Source of the DNA: Gammaproteobacteria bacterium
Lineage (GTDB): Bacteria; Pseudomonadota; Gammaproteobacteria; Acidiferrobacterales; SZUA-150
NCBI GenBank assembly: GCA_029880545.1
Contig: JAOUOD010000002.1
Span: 200,767-264,766, forward strand
Direction of reading: 5' to 3'
Length of the DNA: 64,000 bases
Made by a program: the position numbers and the translations under genes. Of the stretch, positions 47,535-58,407 are shown in pieces (the stretch's first letter is position 1; every line of letters starts with the position of its first letter). The notes beneath the pieces are model-generated. The model was not told the origin of the DNA. It made no database searches and was given only the letters and a program-made list of their open reading frames with translations.

Positions 47535-48734
47535 ATGCCTTGGCGCCAATCACTCGCTTTTCTGATGCGGGCCGTTATTCTCGGCCTCGCATTTTCATTC
47601 GTAATTATCACGATCTGGCCCAAGTTGGTGCTGGAACGGCACCTGACCGGACCCGATCAACAGGCGCAGACGCCAGCACAAACAGCATCGCCAACCCTGC
47701 CCGCAGGTCGTGACGTCAGCGGGCCCGTGTCCTACTCCGACGCGGTGGATCGCGCATCTCCGGCAGTGGTCAACATCAATACCGCCAAGGTGGTCACGGT
47801 TCGCCAACACTCATTCTTCGACGACCCGATATTTCGCCGCTTTTTCGGGCGCGACCTGGACAACCTTATTGGCAAGCCCAGACAACAGCTACAGACCAGC
47901 CTTGGTTCAGGCGTTCTGCTCAGTTCCAAGGGCTACATAGTGACCAATAATCACGTCATCCAGGGTGCCGATACCATCCAGGTGTCCTTGCGCGACGGGC
48001 GCACCGCCAAGGCCAAGCTGGTAGGTAGCGACCCGGAAACCGACCTCGCTGTTCTGAAAATCGAGCTGGACAAGCTGCCAAGTATCCAGGTGGGCGACTC
48101 CGGCAAATTGCGCGTGGGTGACGTAGTACTGGCCATAGGCAACCCGTTTGGCGTTGGCCAGACTGTCACCCTGGGCATAGTCAGCGCCACCGGCCGTAAC
48201 AAGCTGGGAATTAACAGGTTTGAAAACTTCATCCAGACCGATGCCGCCATCAATCCCGGAAACTCCGGCGGCGCGCTGATTGATGCTCGTGGTAACCTGA
48301 TCGGCATCAATACCGCCATTTTCTCCAAATCCGGTGGATCACAAGGCATCGGCTTCGCCATCCCCGTCGCGCTCAGCCAGGAAGTGCTGGCCGATATCAT
48401 CAAACACGGACGACCGGTACGCGGTTGGCTCGGTGTCGAAGGCGACCCGGTCACTGATGAAATTGCCAGGGCGCTGGACCTGGAAAAAACCGAAGGCATT
48501 GTCGTGGTTGGCGTTCTGCGAAACGGTCCCGCACACAAAGCGGGCATTGAACCGGGCGACGTCATTATCGCCGTTGACGGCAAACCGGTAGTGGGTGCTC
48601 ACGAAACCTTGCTGGCCATCTCAAGGCATCGGCCCGGAACCCGCATCAAGCTCGACATTATTCGTGACGGGAAGAAGCAGCCAATCGAAGCAACGGTCAT
48701 TGAACGGCCCACTGAAAGACCTGACAACAAGTAA
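47535..48734 (+). CDS. DegS/AlgW-type periplasmic serine endoprotease (S1C, single PDZ)
   Basis: An N-terminal TM anchor, a trypsin-like domain (TNNHV, DLAVLKI, GNSGGAL) and one PDZ domain. I prefer the ATG at 47535. The ORF-track start is a TTG at 47511. Confidence 0.9.
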   Translation: MPWRQSLAFLMRAVILGLAFSFVIITIWPKLVLERHLTGPDQQAQTPAQTASPTLPAGRDVSGPVSYSDAVDRASPAVVNINTAKVVTVRQHSFFDDPIFRRFFGRDLDNLIGKPRQQLQTSLGSGVLLSSKGYIVTNNHVIQGADTIQVSLRDGRTAKAKLVGSDPETDLAVLKIELDKLPSIQVGDSGKLRVGDVVLAIGNPFGVGQTVTLGIVSATGRNKLGINRFENFIQTDAAINPGNSGGALIDARGNLIGINTAIFSKSGGSQGIGFAIPVALSQEVLADIIKHGRPVRGWLGVEGDPVTDEIARALDLEKTEGIVVVGVLRNGPAHKAGIEPGDVIIAVDGKPVVGAHETLLAISRHRPGTRIKLDIIRDGKKQPIEATVIERPTERPDNK

Positions 48735-49181
48735 CGCCGATGAGCAAATTGCACGATCGCAACATTGCCCTTATAGATTGGGCAGTGTTGTGACGCATCG
48801 TTCTGGCAATCAAACTAACACCAGTTTACCGGGCACAGGATACACCGTTGATCAGGTAGCCGAGCCATTTATCCGGGAGTATGACAGGTGTTTACACTGT
48901 GGTTCATAGGGTCTTTGTTTATTAACTCCGGAACAACACCAACAATCATTCTTGCAATCAACAGCTTATCCGAACACACACATCTTTTCTGTATTACCTG
49001 ACACTCTGGAACGAGTTGATTCACGAATCGCTGACAAGTTGAACATAATCTAGTTATGTCTATTTTTAATGTCATGGATTCATGCCTGACTCACAAGGAA
49101 AACCACGCTGAATGCGGACTGTCCAGTGTTACAAATCTCAGGCACAAGAATAAATTCACTATGCACCCTGGAGTATTTTTT

Positions 49182-50108
49182 ATGAGAAAGTTTAGCATCG
49201 CAAGCATCCTGGTCAGTACCAGCCTGGTTTCTGTATCCCCGGTTTTCGCAGGCACGGTTACAGAACGCGAAACCAATGACACACCCGGCACCGCGCAACC
49301 ACTTGCACCCGATTCAAACATGAGGGTAAGCCCCGCATACATGGGCAACAGTCCTGCCATGGCCAAAGATGTAGACTTTTTCAGTATCAATGTAGAAGCC
49401 AACGACGTCGTCACCATAGACATAGAAAATGGATACGGTGCGGGTGAACCGGTGGATACCTGCATCGCGGTAATAACACCCGAGGGACGGGTACTCCGCT
49501 ACATTGATGACAACAACGAGTTAAGAGTTGCTATCAACGATGACGAAAACACCAACGCAGATCTCTGGGATTCACTGCTCAAGAATGTAGTATTCCCTGC
49601 ATCCGGTACTTACACCATCGGTGTCAGCAACTGGGGTCGTTGTTTCCAGGAAGTGACCAACGGCTACACAATGGAATCCGGCGATATGGATGCCGGCGAT
49701 TATGAACTGGTGGTCACCGGCGTGTCAGTGCCTGCAGGAATGCAACACGTCAACATCTCCGTGAAGAATGACCATCGCTCCGGCCGTAGCCCGATCAACC
49801 CAAAGAGCAACGGCAAGATTCCTGTTGCCATTCTTTCATCCGAATCATTTGATGCCACGTCAGTGAATACCGGTTCGGTAACCTTTGGCAATACCGGTGA
49901 CGAAAACAGCCTGGAGAATTGTCACAGCAAGACCGTCGATGTTAACCGCGATGGATTCCCGGATGTCATGTGCCACTTCCGCACACGTGATACAGACTTC
50001 AACAAGTACAGTGAGGAAGGCGTTCTACGTGCAACCCTTAAAGACGGTACTCGTATCGAAGGACGTGGCAACCTGAATGTTGTATCTGTTAAGCCTAGCC
50101 GCCGATAA
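49182..50108 (+). CDS. Secreted protein with an N-terminal PPC-like (pre-peptidase C-terminal type) domain and an unassigned beta-rich C-terminal domain
   Basis: 308 aa counted from the ATG at 49182 (GGAG RBS). It has a signal peptide (VSVSPVFA|G). ExND...A.PL, DVDFFS and GDYELVV are PPC-type hallmarks. The C-terminal half contains a DxNxDGxxD-like Ca-site (DVNRDGFPD). Confidence 0.6.
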   Translation: MRKFSIASILVSTSLVSVSPVFAGTVTERETNDTPGTAQPLAPDSNMRVSPAYMGNSPAMAKDVDFFSINVEANDVVTIDIENGYGAGEPVDTCIAVITPEGRVLRYIDDNNELRVAINDDENTNADLWDSLLKNVVFPASGTYTIGVSNWGRCFQEVTNGYTMESGDMDAGDYELVVTGVSVPAGMQHVNISVKNDHRSGRSPINPKSNGKIPVAILSSESFDATSVNTGSVTFGNTGDENSLENCHSKTVDVNRDGFPDVMCHFRTRDTDFNKYSEEGVLRATLKDGTRIEGRGNLNVVSVKPSRR

Positions 50109-50130
50109 GATCAATCCATCTGAAGCCAAA

Positions 50131-50163
50131 CAAAAGCCCCGGAATCTTCCGGGGCTTTTTTAT
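50131..50163. terminator. Bidirectional intrinsic terminator
   Basis: CAAAA-GCCCCGGA-ATCT-TCCGGGGC-TTTTTTAT lies between the convergent PPC-domain gene and tatC. Confidence 0.85.
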
Positions 50164-50181
50164 TCCAGGGCAAGACCTCAA

Positions 50182-50991
50182 CTATTTTTCATCAATCTCT
50201 TCATCGAATTTCCGGATCTCGTTTTCAAGATCCAGGCTTTCTGAATCATCGTCGGGTTTGCGCTTGCCAATCCTTCGCGCAAAGAACAGGCCCACTTCAA
50301 ACAACAACATCATCGGAATGGCCAGCAGGGTTTGGGAAATCACATCCGGTGGCGTCAACAGCATCGCGACCGCAAACACGCCTATCAGGACGTAGGGGCG
50401 CTTGTCGGCAAGGGATTCCGGCTCGATAACCCCGGCATAGGTCAAAAGCAGGATCGCGACCGGTAATTCAAAAGCAATGCCAAAGGCGATAAACATTGCA
50501 AAGACAAAATCAAGATACGCCTTGATGTCGGTCATGATCTGCACGCCTTCCGGCGCCACCTTGGTGAAAAATTCGAACACCAGCGGGAACACAACAAAGT
50601 AGGCAAATGCCATACCACCATAGAACAGCAGCGTACTGGAGGCCAGCAACGGTATAACCAGGCGCCGTTCATGGCGGTACAGGCCGGGCGCGACAAATGC
50701 CCATGCCTGGTAAAGAATCCAGGGTATGGAAGCAACAAGGGATACAATAAACGCCAACCGGAGTGGAGTCAGAAACGGTGACGCCACTTCTGTTGCGATC
50801 ATGCTGGCGCCCTTGGGCAAAACACTCAGCAGCGGCTGGGCCAGAATGTTGTACAACTCCTGGGAATAAACTATCAATGGCAAAAATATCGCAAACACGC
50901 CTGCCAACGCATACAGCAAGCGGTTACGCAACTCGAGCAGGTGCGAAAAGAAACTGCCTTCCGCTTCGTAATCAGGTTGATTGTCAGTCAT
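50182..50991 (-). CDS. tatC: Twin-arginine translocase subunit TatC
   Basis: 269 aa with six TM segments and the N-terminal motif [14 protein letters not shown]. The start forms an ATGA overlap with the tatB stop. Confidence 0.96.
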   Translation of the reverse strand: MTDNQPDYEAEGSFFSHLLELRNRLLYALAGVFAIFLPLIVYSQELYNILAQPLLSVLPKGASMIATEVASPFLTPLRLAFIVSLVASIPWILYQAWAFVAPGLYRHERRLVIPLLASSTLLFYGGMAFAYFVVFPLVFEFFTKVAPEGVQIMTDIKAYLDFVFAMFIAFGIAFELPVAILLLTYAGVIEPESLADKRPYVLIGVFAVAMLLTPPDVISQTLLAIPMMLLFEVGLFFARRIGKRKPDDDSESLDLENEIRKFDEEIDEK

Positions 50992-51392
50992 CGGTCTTTG
51001 GGATGCTTTGTATCGGAAGCGTCTTCGCCGACCTGGCCGACGGCCTCGGTTTTGACAGGCTCTTCGCTATTCGCAGTCTTTCCTTCGATGGCATCGATAA
51101 GGTAGTCCGGTTCCGGTGATACAGGCTGGTTCAGGGTCTGGGCAATCTCGGCGGAAGACTGGTTCAGGTTATCTCGCGCCCGGGTTAATTCTTCCTTGAG
51201 TTTTCGTAGTTCGGCCAACTCCTCGGATTTGAGCTGTTCATCAAAATCATCCTTGACCGAGGCGATAAAATTCCGGATTCGCGCCACCCACTTGCCGGCA
51301 AAGCGTGCGGCTTCAGGCAGGCGTTTGGGTCCAAGAACAATCAGCGCCAATACAGAGATCAGCACCAGCTCCCAGAAACCGATATCAAACAT
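50988..51392 (-). CDS. tatB: Twin-arginine translocase subunit TatB
   Basis: 134 aa with the N-terminus [26 protein letters not shown]. Confidence 0.93.
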   Translation of the reverse strand: MFDIGFWELVLISVLALIVLGPKRLPEAARFAGKWVARIRNFIASVKDDFDEQLKSEELAELRKLKEELTRARDNLNQSSAEIAQTLNQPVSPEPDYLIDAIEGKTANSEEPVKTEAVGQVGEDASDTKHPKDR

Positions 51393-51416
51393 AACTCCGG
51401 CCCGGCGATCGTCTTG

Positions 51417-51644
51417 TCAGACTTTGGAATTGTCTTTGTTTTCAGCAGGTGAAGACTCTCCATCAATAACGCGACTGGACTTGTCTTCCACTTGCGTTTT
51501 GCTGTCTGACTCTTCCTTCACAGCCTGCTTGAAACTCTTGATGGCGCCACCGAGATCGCCACCAACATTACGCAGTTTCCGGGTACCGAATACCAGGACC
51601 ACCACGGCCAGCAGAATCAATAATTGCCAGATACTAATACCCAT
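51417..51644 (-). CDS. tatA: Twin-arginine translocase subunit TatA
   Basis: 75 aa with the N-terminus [25 protein letters not shown]. Confidence 0.93.
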   Translation of the reverse strand: MGISIWQLLILLAVVVLVFGTRKLRNVGGDLGGAIKSFKQAVKEESDSKTQVEDKSSRVIDGESSPAENKDNSKV

Positions 51645-51700
51645 ATTCTCGTCCTCTTTGCGGTTACGTTACCGCCAGTCATAATAGTATAGTAATGTAA

Positions 51701-52024
51701 TTACCGGCCCCGAGAGGCCTTCTCCTCCAGGCCGGACACGCCAAAACGGCGATCCAACTCCCGTAACACATCATCCGGTTTCAGCCCCTGCTGCGCAAGC
51801 AACACCAGGGTATGAAACCACAAATCCGCCACCTCGTAGACAATCTTGTCTTTATTGCCGTCTTTGGCCGCCATCACGGTTTCTGTGGCTTCTTCACCGA
51901 TTTTTTTCAAAATCGCATCCAGGCCCTTGGCATACAACCGGGCCACGTAAGAGCTGTCGGCATCGGCATGCTTCCGGGCTTCCAGCACTTCGGCCAATTG
52001 TTTCAAAGTATCACTCACATGCAC
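51701..52024 (-). CDS. hisE: Phosphoribosyl-ATP pyrophosphatase HisE
   Basis: 107 aa with the motifs [15 protein letters not shown] and EVADLWFH. Confidence 0.93.
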   Translation of the reverse strand: MHVSDTLKQLAEVLEARKHADADSSYVARLYAKGLDAILKKIGEEATETVMAAKDGNKDKIVYEVADLWFHTLVLLAQQGLKPDDVLRELDRRFGVSGLEEKASRGR

Positions 52025-52030
52025 CGCCTG

Positions 52031-52423
52031 TTACTTGCTGCCGTAAATTTCATCGGCTGACTTCAGAACCGGCTCAACTTCATGCCACTGGCCATCACGA
52101 TATTCACGAAAAAAACAACTGTGTCTTCCGGTATGACAGGCAATGCCGCCCTTTTGTTCCACTTCCATCATAATGACGTCGTTATCGCAATCCAGGCGCA
52201 GCGAAACCAGGCGCTGTTCATGACCGGATTCCTCGCCCTTGCGCCACAGCTTCTGCCGTGAACGCGACCAGTAAATGGCCTTGCCTTCCGCCACCGTCAG
52301 TCTCAAGGCCTCCCGGTTCATCCAGGCGACCATCAGGATTTTCCCCGACCCGGTCTCCTGGGCAATGGCGGGCACCAGCCCGTCAGCCGTCCACCTGATC
52401 TCGTCCAGCCAGGCCTCGCTCAA
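52031..52423 (-). CDS. hisI: Phosphoribosyl-AMP cyclohydrolase HisI
   Basis: 130 aa with the motifs [23 protein letters not shown] and CDNDV...V.Q.GG.ACHTG. Confidence 0.94.
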   Translation of the reverse strand: MSEAWLDEIRWTADGLVPAIAQETGSGKILMVAWMNREALRLTVAEGKAIYWSRSRQKLWRKGEESGHEQRLVSLRLDCDNDVIMMEVEQKGGIACHTGRHSCFFREYRDGQWHEVEPVLKSADEIYGSK

Positions 52424-53187
52424 ACTGATGTCCTCATCTCGATACCCTGCTGCGCCATGAAAGCCTTGGCCTCACCAACCGTGTACTCGCCAAAATGAAA
52501 AATACTGGCTGCCAGCACCGCGTCCGCATGCCCACGGGTCACGCCGTCAGCCAGGTGCTGCAAGTTGCCGACACCGCCCGAAGCGATGACCGGGATCGGC
52601 ACGGCATCACACACGGCACGGGTCAAACCAAGATCAAAACCGTCTTTCGTGCCGTCTCGATCCATGCTCGTCAGCAGGATTTCACCGGCACCGTATTCAG
52701 CCATTTTTCGTGCCCACTCGATCGCGTCAATACCGGTAGGTTTGCGACCGCCATGGGTAAAGATTTCCCACCTGTCGTCGCCCACTGACTTGGCGTCGAT
52801 GGCGACAACAATGCACTGCGAGCCAAAATGATCGGCCGCTTCCTTGACGAATTCCGGGTTGAATACGGCAGCAGTATTAATGGCCACCTTGTCCGCCCCG
52901 GCATTAAGCATGGTGCGCACATCTTCCAGCTTGCGTATACCGCCGCCGACTGTAAGCGGAATAAATACCTGGCTGGCCATTTCTTCGACCACGTGCACCA
53001 TGGTCTCACGATCATCAGAACTGGCGGTGATATCCAGGAACGTGATCTCATCGGCACCCTGCTCGTCATAGCGGCGCGCCACTTCCACCGGGTCGCCGGC
53101 ATCGCGAATGTCGACAAACTTCACGCCTTTGACAACGCGACCGTTATCAACGTCAAGACAGGGAATAATTCGCTTGGCCAGTCCCAT
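52420..53187 (-). CDS. hisF: Imidazole glycerol phosphate synthase cyclase subunit HisF
   Basis: 255 aa with the motifs [15 protein letters not shown] and ASGGVG. Confidence 0.97.
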   Translation of the reverse strand: MGLAKRIIPCLDVDNGRVVKGVKFVDIRDAGDPVEVARRYDEQGADEITFLDITASSDDRETMVHVVEEMASQVFIPLTVGGGIRKLEDVRTMLNAGADKVAINTAAVFNPEFVKEAADHFGSQCIVVAIDAKSVGDDRWEIFTHGGRKPTGIDAIEWARKMAEYGAGEILLTSMDRDGTKDGFDLGLTRAVCDAVPIPVIASGGVGNLQHLADGVTRGHADAVLAASIFHFGEYTVGEAKAFMAQQGIEMRTSV

Positions 53188-53189
53188 GA

Positions 53190-53927
53190 TCAGCCACCCA
53201 GCTCATCGGCAAGTTTCTGTGCCTCGGTAAAATCCAGCGTACCCTCGTAAATAGCGCGGCCGGTAATGGCCGCGGTAATGCCTTCCGATTCCACCGCACA
53301 CAACGCCTTGATGTCATCAATGTTGGTGATGCCGCCGGATGCTACGACCGGGACGGATATGGCTTGCGCAAGCTTCACCGTCGCCTCGACATTCACGCCG
53401 GTCATCATGCCATCACGACCAATATCGGTGTAGACAATGGCGCTGACGCCATCATTTTCAAATCGCTTGGCCATCTCGATAACATTCTGGCCGGTCAACT
53501 TGGCCCAGCCTTCAATTGCTACGTCACCATCCCTGGCGTCCAGCCCGACAATGACATGGCCAGGAAACTTGCTGCATGCCTCGGCGACAAACTCCGGTTC
53601 CTTGACTGCCTTGGTACCAAGAATCACGAACTGCACACCGGCATCAAGATACGCCTGGATGGTTTCAAGGTCGCGAATGCCGCCACCTATCTGGATCGGC
53701 AAATGCGGGTAGGTTTTGGCAATGGCGGTAATAACATCACCATTAACCGGCTTACCATCAAAGGCGCCGTTAAGATCAACCAGGTGCAGGCGCCGTGCGC
53801 CGGCAGCCTTCCACTTGCCGGCCATGGCTACCGGGTCATCAGAGAAAACCGTGTCATCGTCCATGCGCCCCTGGCGCAGGCGTACGCATTTCCCGTCTTT
53901 CAGATCAATTGCAGGGATTACCAGCAT
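53190..53927 (-). CDS. hisA: ProFAR isomerase HisA
   Basis: 245 aa counted from the ATG at 53927 ([17 protein letters not shown]). The ORF-track start at 53969 would overlap hisH. Confidence 0.95.
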   Translation of the reverse strand: MLVIPAIDLKDGKCVRLRQGRMDDDTVFSDDPVAMAGKWKAAGARRLHLVDLNGAFDGKPVNGDVITAIAKTYPHLPIQIGGGIRDLETIQAYLDAGVQFVILGTKAVKEPEFVAEACSKFPGHVIVGLDARDGDVAIEGWAKLTGQNVIEMAKRFENDGVSAIVYTDIGRDGMMTGVNVEATVKLAQAISVPVVASGGITNIDDIKALCAVESEGITAAITGRAIYEGTLDFTEAQKLADELGG

Positions 53928-53934
53928 CTTCCCA

Positions 53935-54579
53935 CTACTCCTGCCCGTCCCAGCGGACGAAATTCTCAAGCAACTTCAGCCCGGCGTGTTGACTCTTTTC
54001 CGGGTGAAACTGCGCTGCAAACACATTGTCACGCCCCGCTGCCGAGGTAAAGGTCAAACCAAAGTCGGTGGTTCCAGCCACGATCGCCGGGTCTGCCGAC
54101 TCAACATAATAACTGTGCACAAAATAAAATCGCGCATCCTGGGCAATACCCTGCCACAGCGGATGATTGCGCGTCTGCCGAACCTGGTTCCAGCCCATGT
54201 GCGGAATTTTCAGCAGCTGACCATCGGCGTCTTTCATATTCTCCGGGAAGCGCCGGGTTTGACCGGGAAACACTGCCAGGCAGTCGACGCCGCCGCCTTC
54301 CTCGCTGAAGTTGTACAGCGCCTGCAGACCCAGGCAAATTCCAAGAAATGGCTTGCTGGTGATCGCCTCAAGCAGGGCCTGGCGCAGACCCGATGCGTCC
54401 AGCGCACTGATACATCCGGCAATGGCGCCCTGCCCCGGGAATACCACGTGGTCTGCTTTCGCAACAACATCCGGGTCATGACTGAGCAGAACGCTCGATT
54501 TGGTTGCTACGTGCTCCAGCGCCTTGACCACCGAGCGCAGGTTTCCCATGCCATAATCGACAACAACAACGGTGCTCAC
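53935..54579 (-). CDS. hisH: Imidazole glycerol phosphate synthase glutaminase subunit HisH
   Basis: 214 aa with the motifs [19 protein letters not shown] and the FHPEKS catalytic triad region. Confidence 0.96.
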   Translation of the reverse strand: MSTVVVVDYGMGNLRSVVKALEHVATKSSVLLSHDPDVVAKADHVVFPGQGAIAGCISALDASGLRQALLEAITSKPFLGICLGLQALYNFSEEGGGVDCLAVFPGQTRRFPENMKDADGQLLKIPHMGWNQVRQTRNHPLWQGIAQDARFYFVHSYYVESADPAIVAGTTDFGLTFTSAAGRDNVFAAQFHPEKSQHAGLKLLENFVRWDGQE

Positions 54580-54638
54580 CGGATTACTCCGTCACAATTC
54601 ATATACTCACCACTGAAACAAGAACCAGGGGTCGCCCT

Positions 54639-55229
54639 CTAGAGGCTTCCCTTGGTAGACGGGATCACATCGCCCATGCGCGGATCAGCTTCTACCGCCA
54701 TGCGCAGGGCACGACCAAACGCCTTGAAAATGGTCTCGGCAATATGGTGTGCATTCCGACCACGGATGCAGTCGATGTGCAGCGTCGTTAACGCGTGATT
54801 ACAGAACCCCTGGAAGAACTCTCCCAGCAGGTCAATATCGAACTCACCCACGTGCGAGCGCGGGTAGTCGACCTGGTATTCGAGCCCAGGGCGACCGGAA
54901 AAATCGATCACCACCCGGCTCAATGCCTCATCTAGCGGTACATAGGCGTGGCCATAGCGGCGAATACCCTTCTTGTCGCCAATGGCCTTGGCCATCGCCT
55001 GGCCAAGGGTAATGCCAATGTCCTCGACCGTGTGATGATCATCAATATGGGTATCACCCTCGGCCTTGATTTCCAGATCCACCAGGCCATGACGCGCCAC
55101 CTGGTCCAGCATGTGCTCGAGAAACGGCACGCCGGTATCCAGCACAGCCTTGCCGGACCCATCCAGGTCAATACTGACCGTAATCCGGGTTTCGTTGGTA
55201 TTGCGCGTAATTGAAGCGGTGCGGCTCAT
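54639..55229 (-). CDS. hisB: Imidazoleglycerol-phosphate dehydratase HisB (monofunctional)
   Basis: 196 aa counted from the ATG at 55229 (AAGGAA RBS). Motifs are [19 protein letters not shown] and GRNAHHIAE. No phosphatase domain is present. Confidence 0.95.
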   Translation of the reverse strand: MSRTASITRNTNETRITVSIDLDGSGKAVLDTGVPFLEHMLDQVARHGLVDLEIKAEGDTHIDDHHTVEDIGITLGQAMAKAIGDKKGIRRYGHAYVPLDEALSRVVIDFSGRPGLEYQVDYPRSHVGEFDIDLLGEFFQGFCNHALTTLHIDCIRGRNAHHIAETIFKAFGRALRMAVEADPRMGDVIPSTKGSL

Positions 55230-55334
55230 GTGAACAGGATTCCTTGAAATGTCTGCCCCGAGTTTACCAAATATCCCGGTAAACTCACGCACATCTGTGC
55301 CTGCCCTGTTGACAGCAATTGCCTAAAGCTGCGG

Positions 55335-58300
55335 TTACTTGCCTGCCTGCGGCCCTGGCGACCCGGCACCACTGTCATTAGCATCGGCTGCCCGGGGCTG
55401 CCCGGCCGCAGCTGTCTCGCCGACGGGGCTGAAGTGATACTCGAACACCTCCATGGATTGCATGTAGCCGGTTTCCGACTCCGTGCGCGCGTAGCGCGCC
55501 GGCATCATTTCAGCCAGCCGATCCATGCTTTTCTGCAGCCAGGGACTAAGAACACCGAGAGCCAGGAGTTCCCGGTTTTTTGCGTGCACGGCAATAGCTT
55601 TCTCTTCAACCTGGTATACCTGGTCCTCCAGGGCGAGCTCGTATTCCTCTGCCTCAATCTTGCTCAGCCTGCCTGGTCGTTCCGATTCGGCCATGGCACG
55701 CGCCAGCCGGTAGTACATATCGCCAATATAATAGGTCGCCGCGGCGGTAAACTCGGCCACCCGGTAGTCGAGCAAACGGTTACACAGTTCGACCGTGTGG
55801 ACCATCTGGTTCTTCTTGAGTTGCAGCATCTTCCTGAATGGCTGTGCCAGGCGCATGGCAACAAACTTTTCATATTCCGGCTCAATGAAAACAAGCTGGG
55901 CACTCGCCGCCAGGTAACGGGTTCTCTCGGTTCGCTTCTCCCCGGCCCCGGCCTCGGTTTCGATAAACTTCTTCAGATCGGCAAGGTAGGCATCGTGCTT
56001 GCCCTGCAGTTGATAAAGACCGGCGATACGAAACCGGGCTTCCAGTACCGGCTCCAGGGGATCAGGGAACAACGCGATATACCGGCTATAAGATACGTGA
56101 GACGCCGGGTAGTTTTCGGCAGCCTGGTACATCTCGGCAGCCGTAATCAGCGCTTCACGCCTTGTTGATTCGTCACTCGGGCCGGTTGCAAGCCGTTCAA
56201 ACTCGACAGCGGCCCGGTCAAATTGCTTCATCTCCCGGAATACCACGGCGAGTCTTGATGTAGCATCAATGGCCAGCTTATGACCACCGAACATGCTCCG
56301 GAAAGATTGCAGCGCCAGCGCTGCTTCCGGCCAGCGTTGCAGCTGAATCAGGATTGACGCTGCATCAAAGTCTGCTGTTGGGCGGATATCGGAACCAGGC
56401 GCCGATTTTGCGACGCGGGCAAAATGTCCGAGGGCGCGCTCAGGATCAGCATCGGCCACTGCCTGCTCACCCTGACGATAGATAGAGGCCGCCAGGTTAT
56501 TAATCAGCTTGTCTCGCTCAGGGTCTTTTGGATTGGTAAGACGCACTGCCTTGCGGTATGCCTGCTCCGCCAGGACATGGTTCTTGCTGTCGAACTCGGC
56601 ATGGGCAATCACGAGCCAGGCCGAACGACGCATTCCCTTTTCCGCCTTTGGATACTCATCAAGCAATCGTCGCGCTACCTGGTTGGCCATCGGGTAGTTT
56701 CCTGACTGAAAATAATCTTCGGCTACCGCGGCCAGTATCATCGGCACCTTGTCGAAACCCCGGAATGAGTCGGCAAACTTTAGTGAAACAGCGATAATCT
56801 TTTCCCGCGCGCCAGGCTGATCTGCAGCAGGTAATTGTTCGTAACCCTGGCGATATGCAGACACGGCGGCATAACCGGCATCGCGGGCCCGGCCATGCAC
56901 ACCATAGCTGTAGGCGGTTCGCTCGAATTCCGCCCCTGCCTGCGCATAATGCTTGCCACCGAGCAACATCTCGGCGAGGCGATAATTCATCTCCGGAGCC
57001 ATGGCATCATCAGGGAGCGATGACAGGAACTGCGTATACCACATGATTGCCTGCTCAAGATTTTCCGAATGGTTTTTTGCAAAACGCTTGTCCTGGTACA
57101 AGGCATGGTAGTGGCCGGCAAGCTCGGACAAGGTATTTTTCAGATGACCGACAACATCGTTGTACGCGCGAATGTCATTATGCTTCCAGTATTCCGAATA
57201 CAATCCATAAGCTAAAGCAAACTGTTTTCTCGCCTCCAGCACATAACCGCTGAACCCGCCTTTCTTGTAGACATCGGCAATACGAAGGTGGAGATAAGGT
57301 GACTTGGGATGATACGGGTACTGTCTGATAAACGCACGGTAGGTTTCTGCCGCGTCATTGTAACGACGTGTAGCCAGGTAGTGCTCGGCAAGGTGCCTGT
57401 ATATGCCTTCCTCGTAACTACGGTTACCGTTTTCCCTGAAATACCCGGCAACCGATTCAGCGCCACCAAGACTGGAAAAACTGAGACTGATGGCCCGGTA
57501 GATATCTTCCATGCGCACCGGGTCGGTCGACGTGACCGTGGAATCTCGACTACCGGTTTTCCCGGTCTCGTGATCAAGCAAGGCGATAAAGAATTTCAAT
57601 GCAGCCTGGTAACGTTGTTGCCGGTAGCTGGTCCAGCCCGCCTTGCCCAGTGCAAGCTCAAAGTAGGAAGACGCCGGTCCGCTGGCGATTATGGCCTGGT
57701 ATGCGGCGTTTGCCTGGTCATACCGTTTGCGGGCAAAGTAATATTCACCCAACCGAAACCTGGCTTCATCGATATAGGCTGACCCGGGGAAGCGCGCTTC
57801 CATCTGATGCAAAATACTGATCGCTTCTTCCGTGTTACCGAGTTCCTCATAGGCGCGTGATAACTGGTACAGCACCCGGTCGTTGTATTCAAAATCAGGG
57901 AACCGTTTCAATACACTTTTATACAAACCAATTGCTTCAAGCGCACCGGTTCTGCCCGGATCTACAACAACATTACCCGGCAATTTTTCGGGCAGGGAGT
58001 CAGCTGACAATTTTTTCCTGCTGACAGCTGTCACGCGGCGTTCGAATGCGTCACCTGATTCGCGCTTGATGGCTGGCGCTGGGTCGGCTGAATCCTTGAC
58101 CTGCGGAACCGGCGCGTCACCTGCCTGCAACATGCGCTCCCGGTATTCCCTGGCCTGTTCAATTTTCAGATCGGCCAGCCGTCGTATGGCTTCCGGTGCG
58201 ATCTTCGTGTGTGAATCCTGCTCGAGATATCGCTGGTAATTTTCTACAGCCTTTTCAGTGCTGTGTTCGATCTTCTCATCTTTCAGTTCAATCTTGACAT

Positions 58301-58394
58301 CATCAAGCCCGGCCAACGTTTGACGACGATCGGCTGAAACACAACCAGCCATTGCGACAATCAGAAGAACCGGCAGAGCACGAATAACATTCAT
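55335..58394 (-). CDS. Very large TPR-repeat lipoprotein (about 1019 aa), unassigned family
   Basis: The ATG at 58394 lies 13 nt after the upstream stop. It has a signal peptide plus lipobox (LLIVAMAGC). TPR-like helix pairs recur along nearly the whole length (e.g. YQLSRAYEELGNTEEAISILHQM, RFRLGEYYFARKRYDQANAAYQAI, HLRIADVYKKGG, YRLAEMLLGGKHYAQAGAEFERT, RFRIAGLYQLQGKHDAYL). The C-terminal tail is low-complexity Ala/Gly/Pro. No catalytic motif was recognised. Confidence 0.75.
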   Translation of the reverse strand: MNVIRALPVLLIVAMAGCVSADRRQTLAGLDDVKIELKDEKIEHSTEKAVENYQRYLEQDSHTKIAPEAIRRLADLKIEQAREYRERMLQAGDAPVPQVKDSADPAPAIKRESGDAFERRVTAVSRKKLSADSLPEKLPGNVVVDPGRTGALEAIGLYKSVLKRFPDFEYNDRVLYQLSRAYEELGNTEEAISILHQMEARFPGSAYIDEARFRLGEYYFARKRYDQANAAYQAIIASGPASSYFELALGKAGWTSYRQQRYQAALKFFIALLDHETGKTGSRDSTVTSTDPVRMEDIYRAISLSFSSLGGAESVAGYFRENGNRSYEEGIYRHLAEHYLATRRYNDAAETYRAFIRQYPYHPKSPYLHLRIADVYKKGGFSGYVLEARKQFALAYGLYSEYWKHNDIRAYNDVVGHLKNTLSELAGHYHALYQDKRFAKNHSENLEQAIMWYTQFLSSLPDDAMAPEMNYRLAEMLLGGKHYAQAGAEFERTAYSYGVHGRARDAGYAAVSAYRQGYEQLPAADQPGAREKIIAVSLKFADSFRGFDKVPMILAAVAEDYFQSGNYPMANQVARRLLDEYPKAEKGMRRSAWLVIAHAEFDSKNHVLAEQAYRKAVRLTNPKDPERDKLINNLAASIYRQGEQAVADADPERALGHFARVAKSAPGSDIRPTADFDAASILIQLQRWPEAALALQSFRSMFGGHKLAIDATSRLAVVFREMKQFDRAAVEFERLATGPSDESTRREALITAAEMYQAAENYPASHVSYSRYIALFPDPLEPVLEARFRIAGLYQLQGKHDAYLADLKKFIETEAGAGEKRTERTRYLAASAQLVFIEPEYEKFVAMRLAQPFRKMLQLKKNQMVHTVELCNRLLDYRVAEFTAAATYYIGDMYYRLARAMAESERPGRLSKIEAEEYELALEDQVYQVEEKAIAVHAKNRELLALGVLSPWLQKSMDRLAEMMPARYARTESETGYMQSMEVFEYHFSPVGETAAAGQPRAADANDSGAGSPGPQAGK

Positions 58395-58407
58395 AAGTTG
58401 CCTGCCA

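Noticed and set aside
48869-49075. 68-aa Cys-containing ORF on the minus strand in the long intergenic region upstream of the PPC-domain gene.
   Set aside because: It has no convincing RBS before its ATG and no recognisable motif, and it would be transcribed towards the protease gene terminator region. It is kept only as a low-probability small-protein candidate.
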